From: Synechococcus sp.
Lineage (GTDB): Bacteria; Cyanobacteriota; Cyanobacteriia; PCC-6307; Cyanobiaceae
Assembly (NCBI GenBank): GCA_047285535.1
Contig: JBJBDC010000001.1
Location: 160,136 to 224,135, forward strand
Length of the DNA stretch: 64,000 nucleotides
Direction: 5' to 3'
Part shown: positions 40,183-50,843 of the stretch, piece after piece
Layout of the letters: every line of letters starts with the position of its first letter
Numbering within the stretch: the first letter of the stretch is position 1
Translations under genes and position numbers: made by a program
The notes under the pieces: generated by a model
Seen by the model: only the letters and a program-made list of their open reading frames with translations
Told to the model about the DNA's origin: nothing
Databases searched by the model: none

Positions 40183-41400
40183 CTGCGAGGAATTGGCAAA
40201 AAAGCCGGCTTAAGCCAAAGATAACGGTTCTTTTTTGAGTCGCTCTGATGACTCAATCTTTGCATCTTGCTTTGAACTTAGGTGCTGAGGTCGTACAAGC
40301 AGCCATGCGAATGGACGATGAGTTATGGGTTGTCGGGTTCTGGGTGGCAATTGGCTGATTGTTGGGCACGATGCCAACCATTTTGGTCAGAGCAAAGCAG
40401 GGTGATATTCAGAGATTGCCTGCGGTCAGAAAGCTTGCGCCTTGACTTCAAGGGTGGATGAGGCCAGTGCTTTCTTTTCAGGGAGGAACTCGCGATCCTC
40501 AGGTCAAGATGATTGGTTCAATCTGATGTGGTTCATCGGTTCATAGAGTGGAAAAGTGCTGATCAGTTCAACCTTTGTTTTCATGATTTGGAACTAGTTA
40601 GGGATTGAAGTAAGTTCCCTTTGAATAGAACGTCGCAACCAATGCAAAAGCTCAAAATCTGGCTGAAGCAGATCAATGATTATGCCAACAAGCATCTCCA
40701 GACCTGGGAAGCTGAAAGGAAGCGTTGATGACTCTCGACTTGCGTCTCTTTGCGTGGTGCTGCCCCTTGAACTGGAGCTGAAACAGGTCCAGCGGCACTC
40801 ACACCTCAAGGCTCATTCAGCAGATGACAAAGGCTGAAGCCATGCGAGAGCTGTCGAACTGGGTAATTCTGGCTGGTACATCCTGCATAGACATTACCTT
40901 TGTTGTCGCTACTTCTTGATTCAACTGTTCAGTCCACTGAGCTCGATTATCTTTGCTCAGCGCGCCTAGTCTCCTTGTACTGTTGTGGAGATAGGGTGAT
41001 AGATCTTCATGGAAATCAGATGGAAGTAATTGTTGAATGAATACTGATCAGGGGTCTTCGGATTTTTGTTTATAGCTGCTATAATGGATGATTTTTGTAA
41101 AATTTAGGTCCTGGCTTGGAGAGATTATTCTCAAACTATCACGTTGCCAGGTCAGTCGTACGATAGGCTTTCGTAAATTCCTCGACCATGTTGTCGTGCA
41201 GTCAAGGCAGGCAGACAGGCTGACATAGAGACAGGAATAAAATCGACGTAACCTTATTCCCTTGTTGTTGTCAAAGAGTCAAGAGGACTTGTCAATAACT
41301 TACAGAGAATGTACAGCACATTCAATGAAATGAATTGGGTCTGTCAAGTTAAACTAAGCAATTTTGGTCGCATTATTGCCGGATGATGTTTAGAAAGAAC

Positions 41401-42141
41401 TCAGATGAGTGAGACCTTGCCAGACCCGATATCAAAGTATCCGACGACAATTTGAAGAGTGCCGTCTTTTACAGCATTGGCGAGAACATCGCTACGAGAA
41501 GTCAGCTGTCTAGAGGTGGCACTTGCATTCACTTTAATGGAGTTTTCCAATGTTTCACCTGGCGTCAAACTTGCACGAATCGGATTGACTAGTTGCTCAA
41601 ACAGTGGTGTGAGTGGATCGTTCGAGAGTGCTGCTTGAACAGCACCGCAGTTACTGTGGCCTAACACCATGATTAAAGGTGTTTTTAAAATTTCAACGCT
41701 GTATTCCAGAGAGGCTATTCCCTCGGTAAAGGGGGTATTCCCCGCACTGCGGATTACAAATAAATCACCAGCAGCGGCATCAAAAATCCATTCAGGAGAC
41801 ACCCTTGAGTCAGCGCAACTGATAATGGAAGCCCAAGGGGATTGTTCGTCCTGAAGCAGTTGCGAAGGAAGAAAGCAATTATCTAACCAAAGGTTTGCCA
41901 TCCGTTGAGAACGCTCGTTCATGTTTGATGCTTTGTTTTTGGCTTGCCAAGCAGTAGCAAAACGCTCATTACCGTTCATCAATGCAGTCAATGAATCCTC
42001 AGGACGACAGGTTCGTACGGATTCATTGAGTGGCGATGAAGCGGCTGCGGCCTTCGGTGGTTGGATCAATTGAATTGCAGCGGCAAGGCTGAAGGCATTC
42101 AGGCCGCTGCCTAAGAGAAATGAGCGTCGATTCAGTGTCAC
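41401..42141 (-). CDS. Beta-carbonic anhydrase with Tat signal peptide
   Basis: NRRSFL twin-arginine motif; CADSRV and HSNCGA zinc ligands; GDLFVIRSAGN. Confidence 0.93.
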   Translation of the reverse strand: MTLNRRSFLLGSGLNAFSLAAAIQLIQPPKAAAASSPLNESVRTCRPEDSLTALMNGNERFATAWQAKNKASNMNERSQRMANLWLDNCFLPSQLLQDEQSPWASIISCADSRVSPEWIFDAAAGDLFVIRSAGNTPFTEGIASLEYSVEILKTPLIMVLGHSNCGAVQAALSNDPLTPLFEQLVNPIRASLTPGETLENSIKVNASATSRQLTSRSDVLANAVKDGTLQIVVGYFDIGSGKVSLI

Positions 42142-42440
42142 GAAACATGCCTTTGGTAAAAATCAATCGCCTTCTCCTGCATGGGATCTACATGAATCAG
42201 TGATTGAACTCGCACGATGCGTTGCCGAGAGTGGGCCCAGTTGTGCTGTCTAAAGCGAAATAGAGATCCTGCTGGTGATCCTAGGCAGTTGTCTCGATTG
42301 AATGGCTCGCTCTTAAGTGCAGCACAAACGCTGATTCCAAGCTACGAGGACAGTGACAGCAGTCAGATTCCATCAAGAGTGCGGAACCAATCCTCTTCCT
42401 GAGAGGTAAGGAGGTTGCCAAAATTATTGATGAGACTCCC

Positions 42441-42833
42441 TTAGCGACAAACTGCTCCCATCAACTCTTCATGAGCCCTACTCTTTAAAAAAATGTATGC
42501 GTTGACATCATTATTTTCATGCTGAGACCAATCGGCCAGCAGGTTCGCTTCAATAGGGATCCCCTCGATCCACTCTGGATCGAGAGCTGGTGAACCATCA
42601 AATCGACCTCGACATTTTAGTTCGCGCCAAACACATTGCAGATCACTCTGTGTCTCTAGATGGTCCAGATCTTTGGAAAGCGTTACAAGATTTCGAACAG
42701 TACCCAAATAGTCTCCTGCACTGTCGAATTCATTGTTCAGAAGCCATTGCTGCTGAGGTTGATGGCAGTTTCCTTGAGCCTTGTCATTTCCCATTGACGT
42801 CATATTGACGTTTGACTCCATTGATGACTTCAA
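42441..42833 (-). CDS. Hypothetical protein
   Basis: 130-aa ORF with globular composition; start uncertain. Confidence 0.5.
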   Translation of the reverse strand: MKSSMESNVNMTSMGNDKAQGNCHQPQQQWLLNNEFDSAGDYLGTVRNLVTLSKDLDHLETQSDLQCVWRELKCRGRFDGSPALDPEWIEGIPIEANLLADWSQHENNDVNAYIFLKSRAHEELMGAVCR

Positions 42834-42843
42834 GGCTTGGCAT

Positions 42844-42871
42844 AAAAAAACCCCGCTTGTGGCGGGGCTTT
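42844..42871 (-). terminator. Intrinsic terminator after the AbrB-like gene
   Basis: Minus strand: CCCCGC-cacaa-GCGGGG followed by T7. Confidence 0.88.
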
Positions 42872-42893
42872 GCTCATCAGTAGGAAGAAGGAC

Positions 42894-43262
42894 TCAATCT
42901 TCCCCTTCTTCCTCACCACCTACAGGAATTAAGCGAATGGCTTTTTTGCCAAGCTTGATTGTGAATTCGTCACCCACTTGGAGATCTAGCATGGCTGTAT
43001 AAGCCTTGCCAATCAGCAGATTGCCGTTGCCTTGTACGGTTGCAACGTAAGAAAGCTTGCGCCCGCCTTTACCAACTCCAGCGTTTCCGCCTCCAAGATC
43101 AATGCCTTTGGCATTGAGGAGCGCCTCATAAAAAGCAGTGAAATTGACGCGGTCGCTTCCGTCTTTCTTTTTGGAGACGTAGCCGCAAGCTGTGGCGAGA
43201 TCAGTCTTGGATACATCGCCTAGGTCTTTGACCTTGGTGAGCAGTTCGGTTCCGGTCAGCAT
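42894..43262 (-). CDS. Cyanobacterial AbrB-like transcriptional regulator
   Basis: MLTGTELLTKVK...ACGYV...FYEALLNAKG...GRKLSY...QGNGNLLIGKAYT. Confidence 0.95.
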   Translation of the reverse strand: MLTGTELLTKVKDLGDVSKTDLATACGYVSKKKDGSDRVNFTAFYEALLNAKGIDLGGGNAGVGKGGRKLSYVATVQGNGNLLIGKAYTAMLDLQVGDEFTIKLGKKAIRLIPVGGEEEGED

Positions 43263-43754
43263 TTGAAACTTTCGTTTCACTATTAATAACAAACTCCAGG
43301 CCTACTAGTCAACTATTTGCCTTTATCAGTCGCTTTCCCTTTTGCCTCCTTGGGTTGGAGGAATCGATTCTGCTTCAAATTCTCTGCCACATGAGGGATG
43401 CACTCACTAGCTTTGCCTAGTTGCTGTAAGCCTTTTGGGGCTTTTAGGTGATGCCCGTGATCCAGAGCATAGTCAGATGTAGAGACTCATTTTGAATGGT
43501 GGCCCATTTGCATCTTGCTATCGCCAAATGTCTTACATGCGCAGTGCCATGGTCTGATCTCTCCGCTGATGCTTCCGAAGTTCGAGCCTCTAAACGAGTG
43601 CCTCGAGTGGTTTCGCGTTGACGTTGACTACACTCGTGGTTGTCACTGATGCTTCTTGTCTGGTTGTGCTCTGCTGACCCTCAGTTAATACCGATCGCTG
43701 GCTGGTGGAGCTTTATCTTCCGACCAATCCATGGACAGTTTTCAGCTCACAAGG

Positions 43755-44051
43755 TCAGTTTGAAGCATCCAAATGGACATGGATCCCACAGCATTGGCTC
43801 ACTCGTTCAGTGTGGCAACGGTAAAGTCCCTGGACTTCTAAATCAGAATCCTTCGTCTCTGAAGTCACCATCGAAAGGGGAATGGTTTCTTCAATTGCGA
43901 GTGCCATTCCTTGGATTGTTGGAAGAGATCGATCTTCCAAGCTTTTTCGATGATCGATTGCTGCCAAGTCGATCAATAGAGCCTGATTTCTACTCAGGGG
44001 CTGGATTTCAAAACTCCATCGTTTGATGGCGTCAAGCGTTGCAGTAGACAT
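43755..44051 (-). CDS. Hypothetical protein, possibly frameshifted
   Basis: MSTATLDAIKRWSFEIQPL...; no motif recognised. Confidence 0.4.
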   Translation of the reverse strand: MSTATLDAIKRWSFEIQPLSRNQALLIDLAAIDHRKSLEDRSLPTIQGMALAIEETIPLSMVTSETKDSDLEVQGLYRCHTERVSQCCGIHVHLDASN

Positions 44052-44598
44052 AAGCACCCCAGCCATCTGTTCGCTCTTTGATCACATTGCCCTGCTTCAA
44101 GCTCGAGCTGGGCTTTTGCTCGGTGTGGACTGCCGCTTACGATTTCTGTTTGCTCCTTTGGAATCGCCATCAAGGCAAGTGTTGTCTTGACTATCCTTGA
44201 ATTGGGAAGACGTAGTGGTGAACAGGTTTTGCCCTGGTCTTCCTCTCTTTGTAGTAGGAAAGATATTAAGCGTCCAAACTAAATGATAGTTTTTATATCA
44301 ATCCCTGTATTTGCAACGCTTCTCGACTCTGTAGCCCTCCTGGACGGATCACAGGCATTGGTAAATGGTGATGTTGCTCCCATGGCCTAGAGATTGACGG
44401 CTTTCTGCCGAGTATTGCCATTGTTGGAGATTTTGAGACTTGCTCGCAGTCGTGAAGGGTTAGGCTTGATCGCACTAGGTGTTTCAATCGCAGAGCGCTG
44501 CTGTTCAGGGTCAACCCCCAAACGCTTACTCTTGTGGTTCAGTTCATAGGTGGCTTTGGCCTCAAAACTTTTATAAATTCAGTCTTGCTGGTTAGCGA

Positions 44599-44865
44599 AT
44601 GCCATCACCTAAATCCACAACTCAACCCAATGTGCGCTGTTGGGTGTGGTTCAAGGGCAATCCGCTCAAGACAGAGGGTTGTTGGAAGGGTGGGTGGTAT
44701 GGAGCGCCTTCCGTCATAGGAGGCATCAGGATTGAGCATCATGATTACGTGCCTTGCAGGGTGCCGGAGTGGAGGGTTGTGTTTGCAGAACCTGCTGATA
44801 TGAAGGCAGCACCATCGATTCCGGAAGGTGAGCAGTGGAAATTATATCCGACTGAACCTCAGTGA
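44599..44865 (+). CDS. Trp/Gly-rich small hypothetical protein
   Basis: CWVWFKG...WKGGWYG...CRVPEWRVVF; clean ATG-TGA ORF. Confidence 0.7.
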   Translation: MPSPKSTTQPNVRCWVWFKGNPLKTEGCWKGGWYGAPSVIGGIRIEHHDYVPCRVPEWRVVFAEPADMKAAPSIPEGEQWKLYPTEPQ

Positions 44866-44910
44866 AAAATTCAGTCGGTTTTGAAAAGATCTGAATGGTT
44901 AAATGCTTTT

Positions 44911-46136
44911 TATTTGGTTTTGGTTGTGAGTTCTTGTTTGAAGTCTCTACATTCTTGGTCCAATTGGTCTAAGGCCCTAGGATTCACTCTAAGCATTAAC
45001 CTAATGGCTTTACAAAACATATGAAAGTTAGCTTCTGCTGCTTCTGGCTGGTTGTTGTATGAAAAGTGTTCACCACCTCCAATCCAAGGTTGGTATGCAG
45101 GATCAAAGACTTCGCAGAAGAAGCCAAAGGGCCCATAGTCAAGCGTAACGCCACCAGCTGCACAGTTTCACTATTGAAATTACCTTGGCAATAACCAACT
45201 TGTAACTGGTGAACCACTAATGAAGATAAGCGTTCTCGATACAGTCGAGCCAATTCATTGAATTGAAAATCTTTCGTTTGATCAATTTGGTTGAGATACT
45301 CTCGTTCTATTAAATGAGATATGAGCATCCGCAACTCTTCTATTCGTTCAGGCTGGTTACTCTTTCGAACTCTTCGCGCAAATAATTCAAGCTGCCCAAC
45401 ACGTAAAAATGACGGAGCTGCGCGTGTGGATATTGCAACTGCATCTTCAACTAAAATATCAGGCTCTAAGGAATTTGAATTTTCAGAATACCAAGGTCGT
45501 CTAACTGTCTCTGATTTCGAAACATAGAGTGTCAAAGATCGAGATGTGGGAATCCCAAGTGCCTGCATGAATTCCTAAGCAAGAAATTCTCTGACGCTTG
45601 AACGTAGAACTGCGCGATCGTCAGCTCCTCGACAGTAAGGAGTTGGACCTCCACCCTTTAGCTGCATTTCCCATCGCTTGCCTTTGAAGATTCCCTCAAA
45701 GACAGAAATGACTCGACCGTAACCGTAACCATTGCCGCTTCCAAAAGGATACTGTTGGTTGTATTCAGTACCATACATTGATAGTGCATATCCAGTTGCC
45801 CAGCCATAAGGACGCATTGGTTTGATCGAGGCAGAAAGATCTCCTGAGAATATTTTTTGAAACGATTCATCTGCGGCTAGTGTGCTAGCCAGTCCTAGCT
45901 CTTAAAAAAGATCTTACTATGACTATATAGATAGGCTTCTCAATTGGTTTTGGTGTGACAGGAACACAATGACCCGAGCAAACTTCTCGAAGCTTATGCT
46001 CATTGCCATCTTCCGTTGATTCTGGATCAGCATACAGCCTGTTAAGTCGAGAGTAGTTAACTAGTTGTACAAAATCGTCTAAGGTTGAAAGAGATGGCTT
46101 TGATGTTGCCTTTGTCGCCTTTGATGCATTTGATAT
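44911..46136 (-). pseudogene. selO: SelO/YdiU protein adenylyltransferase pseudogene
   Basis: [66 protein letters not shown] / NCAAGGVTLDYGPFGF; in-frame TAG, frameshifts, 3' truncation. Confidence 0.92.
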
Positions 46137-46515
46137 ACAGCTGCTCCCTCTTGTGATTTGATGACCTGAATGCCTGATCTGATTTCGTGTCTATGGTTTC
46201 CAATGTCTTCGCTTTTTATACCACTTTTACCCCTTGAAACGCAGAATGTTTGGATTTTAAGATCTGCATTGGAGTATTCAATTAAATCAATAATTGCATA
46301 TTGCGGCCTTTACGGTCATCTAGAGGTCGCCTGATTTATTTGATATCTTGAATAAGAACAATCGTTTGTTGTTCACACAATACGAGATCATAACTTTTAA
46401 GATCTTTGTTCTCTTTGCCTTGTTGGCGATGCTTTGTCTTATAGATGAGCGTTGCGTATTATGTGAAAAGTTTAACGCCTTTTCTTTTGTTCATGACTCT
46501 CTACCCTTCCGATTG

Positions 46516-46854
46516 ATGATGGACTTGATGCGTTCAAATTCTATTACCAGTCTTCACCGATTATCATCAGTTGATGATGTTATTAAATTTGTCGAGCTAT
46601 GTGTTGAAGAGGATCTGGTTATACATTTTGTTTTGAAAGAAGAATTAGATGCATTCATTAAACCAAGCAATACCTCTGGTGCTTGGGTTCGCCAACAAAT
46701 TGATGGCGTGAGGATCAAGGCTGTTGATCGAGCAGGGTTTACGATTTATGCTATTTGGATGAGAGAATCTTTGATGAAAGACTACGTTGAGTATTTAGAG
46801 TCGATTAAGAAAACACTTTCTGATGCTTCTGTTTTTTCTTTTCCAGTGATCTAA
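46516..46854 (+). CDS. Hypothetical protein
   Basis: 112-aa ORF with alpha/beta-like pattern. Confidence 0.6.
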   Translation: MMDLMRSNSITSLHRLSSVDDVIKFVELCVEEDLVIHFVLKEELDAFIKPSNTSGAWVRQQIDGVRIKAVDRAGFTIYAIWMRESLMKDYVEYLESIKKTLSDASVFSFPVI

Positions 46855-47224
46855 GCATGGGTTGAATCTTAGACGGATTGATACTTTTTGCCACCTGAGT
46901 CTTCTTGGTATCCAGCCACTTTGAATCAGGGCGTATGTAACCATTCGGTTTGGTGACAACCTATCGATTGTTGTTTCCCGTTCAGTAAATCTGATTAGCC
47001 ATGCGACTGATATCCCCACTCTTTTTCAACATTTCGGTTGGCTTTGGATCATTCTTCGTGTAGGCGTGAGTGGTACTATCTGAGCGAGCTCAAGTTTTGT
47101 TTTCTTGTCTCATTCAGTAGACGCTGATTGAAGCCTAATGGCAATATAGTTGTCTTCTGACAGCCGAAAAGCACCTGTCCTTCCGAGTCTTTTTGATCTG
47201 CCATGAGTGTAGGCCGTGTTTGTA

Positions 47225-47328
47225 GTGTAGGAGCCCCAGCCTCTTTTCAATTAGCTGATTCATGGCACCACTATCACAGATCTTTTGTTGATAGTGATTT
47301 TTGTTCGTTCAGCCGCAGGCTCCTACAC
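47225..47328. repeat. Nested inverted repeat / long imperfect hairpin
   Basis: GTGTAGGAGCC (47225-35) / GGCTCCTACAC (47318-28); GCTGA (47254-58) / TCAGC (47309-13); CACTATCA (47269-76) / TGATAGTG (47289-96). Confidence 0.75.
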
Positions 47329-47428
47329 ATTCAAAGCTTCCAGTACTCGAAGCCGCTAAGGCGATAAAAATAATCACAACCGTTGCTGAAACTAAAACAA
47401 CAGGCCAAATTTCTGTATCTGGACTCAT
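47309..47428 (-). CDS. 39-aa single-TM peptide (below the ORF-track cutoff)
   Basis: Manual translation MSPDTEIWPVVLVSATVVIIFIALAASSTGSFECVGACG*. Confidence 0.6.
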   Translation of the reverse strand: MSPDTEIWPVVLVSATVVIIFIALAASSTGSFECVGACG

Positions 47429-49122
47429 CGCGGCAATCTCAATAGAGACTTGAATATTATCATTCAATCTTAACATCTAAATTGAGACTAAGCTCATTAT
47501 GATCCATCTTGTCAAGTTTTGATTCTCAACTTGTGTGAGTGAGTAATGAGTCTTCACCTCTGCTTGTTATTCTAAGGCAGTCAATCTGGTGCTTTTTTCT
47601 AGTTGGGCGCACTATTTCATAAGACTTGCCCTCAATATTCGGTTTTAGGTTTCCCCACATGTCTGCTGCCGTTTATAACCAATTGAACCGTAACCTTTGG
47701 CGATGATCACTCACCCAGTTTTCCTAACGAAATAAATGTTGTGATGATTGCAGTGAGTCTGCTTCGGTCAGAAAATGCCCAGACCAATCTTTTTACTCAT
47801 GGGAAGTGCTTAGGTAGTACAACTACTTATGTGTCTCCAATAATCCTTTGCTTAAGCGTCAGCGTGACAAAAGGTTCTTGGACCATCTTCAGCCTCAACA
47901 TCTGATTTCTGTAAGATATGCTATCCCTTGGCCATGTCCTGATCAGTTGTGCATCCTACCTGGCGGAAGTCTTGGTTCTTGTCACAAGTAAGGCTCAAGG
48001 TTTTTGGCATCAATGAAATGCTCTTTTCCTCTACCTCATCAGAATACGCAGAGTATGATTTCCTCAACAGGATGAATTTCATCAATATGAGCCTACCTCA
48101 GTCGTAGCCTTTCATGCCTAATTTGAGATTCAGTTGTTCTAGGCTTTACTCGCCTAGATTCTTGACCTTACTGACTTCATCAGCCCTTCTACTTTCGTGA
48201 GAGCGGTTGAGAAATTTTGATTATCTTTTACATCTGATTTTTTCTTTGACTGACCTAGGATTCCTTTTGATTATATTGCAAGTTTGCAGCTATATGTATG
48301 GTGTGCCTCAAATCAGTCGCATGAACAGTTCTTTTATGTCAACTTTTTGAGATTTGATCGCCAAGTCAAGTGAATCAAAATTAGGCACACTGGGAGAAGA
48401 CTGGTACGTTTGTCTCTGTTGTTTTATTCAAAACCGTCGAAACGACCACCAGTCTTATGTCCTTGGATCGTATTTCTTAAGAGATGGTTGGTTGTTGGTT
48501 AAACAATTTATTTTCGGGGACCCTGTGACTGTTGTTCCTGTTATGAAAATTATGAATCAAGACGGTCAATATTTCTCGAATCCTCGAATGGAGTTGGGCT
48601 CAACGTAAGGTTGTGAGTTATAACCAATCTCCGAATCCTAGCTTATTATCATTCTGACTTTATTTGATTCCAGCTATAGGAGATCGAAATTTAGATTCGA
48701 TCGAAAGTGTATATGATAAAGGTTGTGATTTTCTCAGATCACTCTTTTAGACTTAATTTATTCTCTTGTATTGAGGCTGTAATGCAGATTTGGTTTGTGA
48801 ATCAATCAATTAAAACATTCAAGGGCTTGGGTTTAACTGGTTTGTCGATGGCATTAGTCACTACTAGTATGGTGTAGTTAACCCATTAAGTGTTTCGATA
48901 CTAAAGGTTTGAACCCATAAGATCCAGCTACTAACGATTGAAGTGTTTCCAGTCTTGATATTGACAACACTGGTAAATCTGTGACGGTTACATCTTTTGC
49001 TCTCATTGAAGCGCTAGGCTTGAATGAGAGTCAACCCTTAATACGTAGTTATGTTTGGAAGGTGATTTTGACAGATTGGAGAATCTCATGTTCAGCCTAA
49101 ACTGATTAATAGAGGAGGTGCT

Positions 49123-49437
49123 ATGAACGTTCAATCGAGACGCAGCATTGTTATTCCTATAGCTTTGTTGGTAGGGGTAATCGTTTTGCTTTTTAATCAA
49201 AGGAGTATCAGGATAGAGAGTTTTAAGGATGGTGCAAAATGTATTATTAAGGGAGCTAAAAGTGCAAATTTAGACCCTGCAGATCCACAATGTCAGGAGT
49301 ATTTCAAATATCAAATTAATGTCCTCAGTCAAACAATAGAGAATGCACCAAGGACAGAGCTAGGTGATGACTTGGTTGCCATTACCAAAAGGGAAATGGT
49401 CAGATGGATTCAAATCAGAGATAATGGTGCCTTTTAA
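49123..49437 (+). CDS. Hypothetical membrane-anchored protein
   Basis: AGAGGAGG RBS upstream of the ATG, N-terminal TM, two Cys. Confidence 0.7.
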   Translation: MNVQSRRSIVIPIALLVGVIVLLFNQRSIRIESFKDGAKCIIKGAKSANLDPADPQCQEYFKYQINVLSQTIENAPRTELGDDLVAITKREMVRWIQIRDNGAF

Positions 49438-49549
49438 AATTAAACGAAGCAATGACTCAAAGGCGTATATTCAGTGTAGTGAATATGCCCTCTTTGACAT
49501 GTATAGTCTTGGAGGGCAATTAGATGCTGGCTATCCTTTCTTATTGGTT

Positions 49550-49996
49550 CTAATGTGTATGATTCGGGTAGTATTCTCTAAGCTCAATGATTGTTTCTTT
49601 TAATTCGTTTGCATGTTGTGAATCTGAATTTTGTTTTGCTTTCATTGATGCCACGATTACGGCATGGTGTTTTTTGAGTCGTTCGGCGTAGTCATCTTGA
49701 CTAGGTTTAACGCGTTGAGTTAAAAAATAATCACTGATTGTGTCTATGATTGATTGTGCGTGAGATTCCTTGTTGGCAATTGATCTTGCTAGTTGATTGT
49801 TGGATTGAGCATCATTCTTCCCTGAGTTGTCTTGAATCAGAATTACTGTTTTTTGGATGGTATCAGCATCTTCAAGCATCGATTGAACACGTGCATTGTC
49901 ATCGTAAATACCACACGGTAGTTGGCAATGACTGCGCGCGATGCCTGTGCTCAGGAGTGCTGTTGTAAGCGTGAATGCGGTTATCAGGATTTTCAT
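49550..49996 (-). CDS. sodN: Nickel superoxide dismutase with Sec-type signal peptide
   Basis: Ni-hook HCQLPCGIYD after a 22-aa leader; R..ANKESHA..I...ISDYFLTQRVK; MKAKQ. Confidence 0.93.
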   Translation of the reverse strand: MKILITAFTLTTALLSTGIARSHCQLPCGIYDDNARVQSMLEDADTIQKTVILIQDNSGKNDAQSNNQLARSIANKESHAQSIIDTISDYFLTQRVKPSQDDYAERLKKHHAVIVASMKAKQNSDSQHANELKETIIELREYYPNHTH

Positions 49997-50419
49997 GAGA
50001 GCTTTCTTGTGCTTAGAAATTAATCTGTTTTTACCTCAGGAGCTTATCAATTTTTCAATTAATTATCATGCTTCCTTAAGCTGATTAAGTATATTCTCAT
50101 GACACTCTCACTTTCCTCTCACATGCGTCTTCTTATTGCAATTCGAATAGCTACTTAGATTTACAATTTTTTAATTCAATCCATCTTCTATGCCTGGGGT
50201 TAATGGGCCTTAATTATTATCCCAAATGCAATTATTAGTGGTGGTTTTATGTATTGTTGTTGTTCGTTTTAGGGGTGCAAGTGTGCTTCGTATTTGGGTG
50301 TCTATGATTGTTATTGTTGTTGTCATCTGTTTGTTTATGCTGATTCAATTTAATAAAGTCTCTTCTTGTTTCGGGTGGATGAAGCTGTATAGATACTGGC
50401 TTGGTGAGATTCTCTGTCG

Positions 50420-50704
50420 TTATTGCTTCGCTCGATAGAAAAGTTGGGTTTGTTGCTGAGTTGCTGAGTCAGACTTTAATTCTTTTCTGATTGATATTAC
50501 GCTCGCAGCAATCACTGTTAATACAAAAAAACTAAGAAATATCTTTGTATAGTTTTTGCAGGTTTGGCTATGCTCAATGATTGCACGTCTTTTGCTTTTA
50601 TCAAGCTGATGCCATGGAGTGTGGGCTAGGCGCCGGGTTTGATTGATGAATTCTGATGTTTTGTTGTGAGTCAGTCCGTGTTCTTTCCAAAGAGCTTTGT
50701 TCAT
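50420..50704 (-). CDS. Hypothetical protein with one TM, possibly a remnant
   Basis: 94-aa ORF containing IFLSFFVLTVIAASVISI. Confidence 0.35.
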   Translation of the reverse strand: MNKALWKEHGLTHNKTSEFINQTRRLAHTPWHQLDKSKRRAIIEHSQTCKNYTKIFLSFFVLTVIAASVISIRKELKSDSATQQQTQLFYRAKQ

Positions 50705-50843
50705 TTTTAGTTAGTCAGTGAATAAGTGGTTGAAAGGACAATCGGAACGCTTTGTCTGTTCTCCCCATGAATGCAAACACCAGCTTATAAAGGATTTTGT
50801 TCAGGCGCCACGGTCATCCTTAGCAACCTACCTGGATGAGATC

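Noticed and set aside
45575..45577. Stop-codon recoding (selenocysteine or pyrrolysine) in selO
   Set aside because: The stop is a TAG at a normally Gln position and the gene also carries frameshifts, so it is a pseudogene
47225..47328. Retron msr-msd or integron attC interpretation of the hairpin
   Set aside because: No reverse transcriptase or integron integrase in the window, no RYYYAAC/GTTRRRY ends, and only one copy seen
47813..47828. NtcA-like site GTAGTACAACTAC
   Set aside because: Spacing is GTA-N7-TAC rather than N8, with no clear downstream gene
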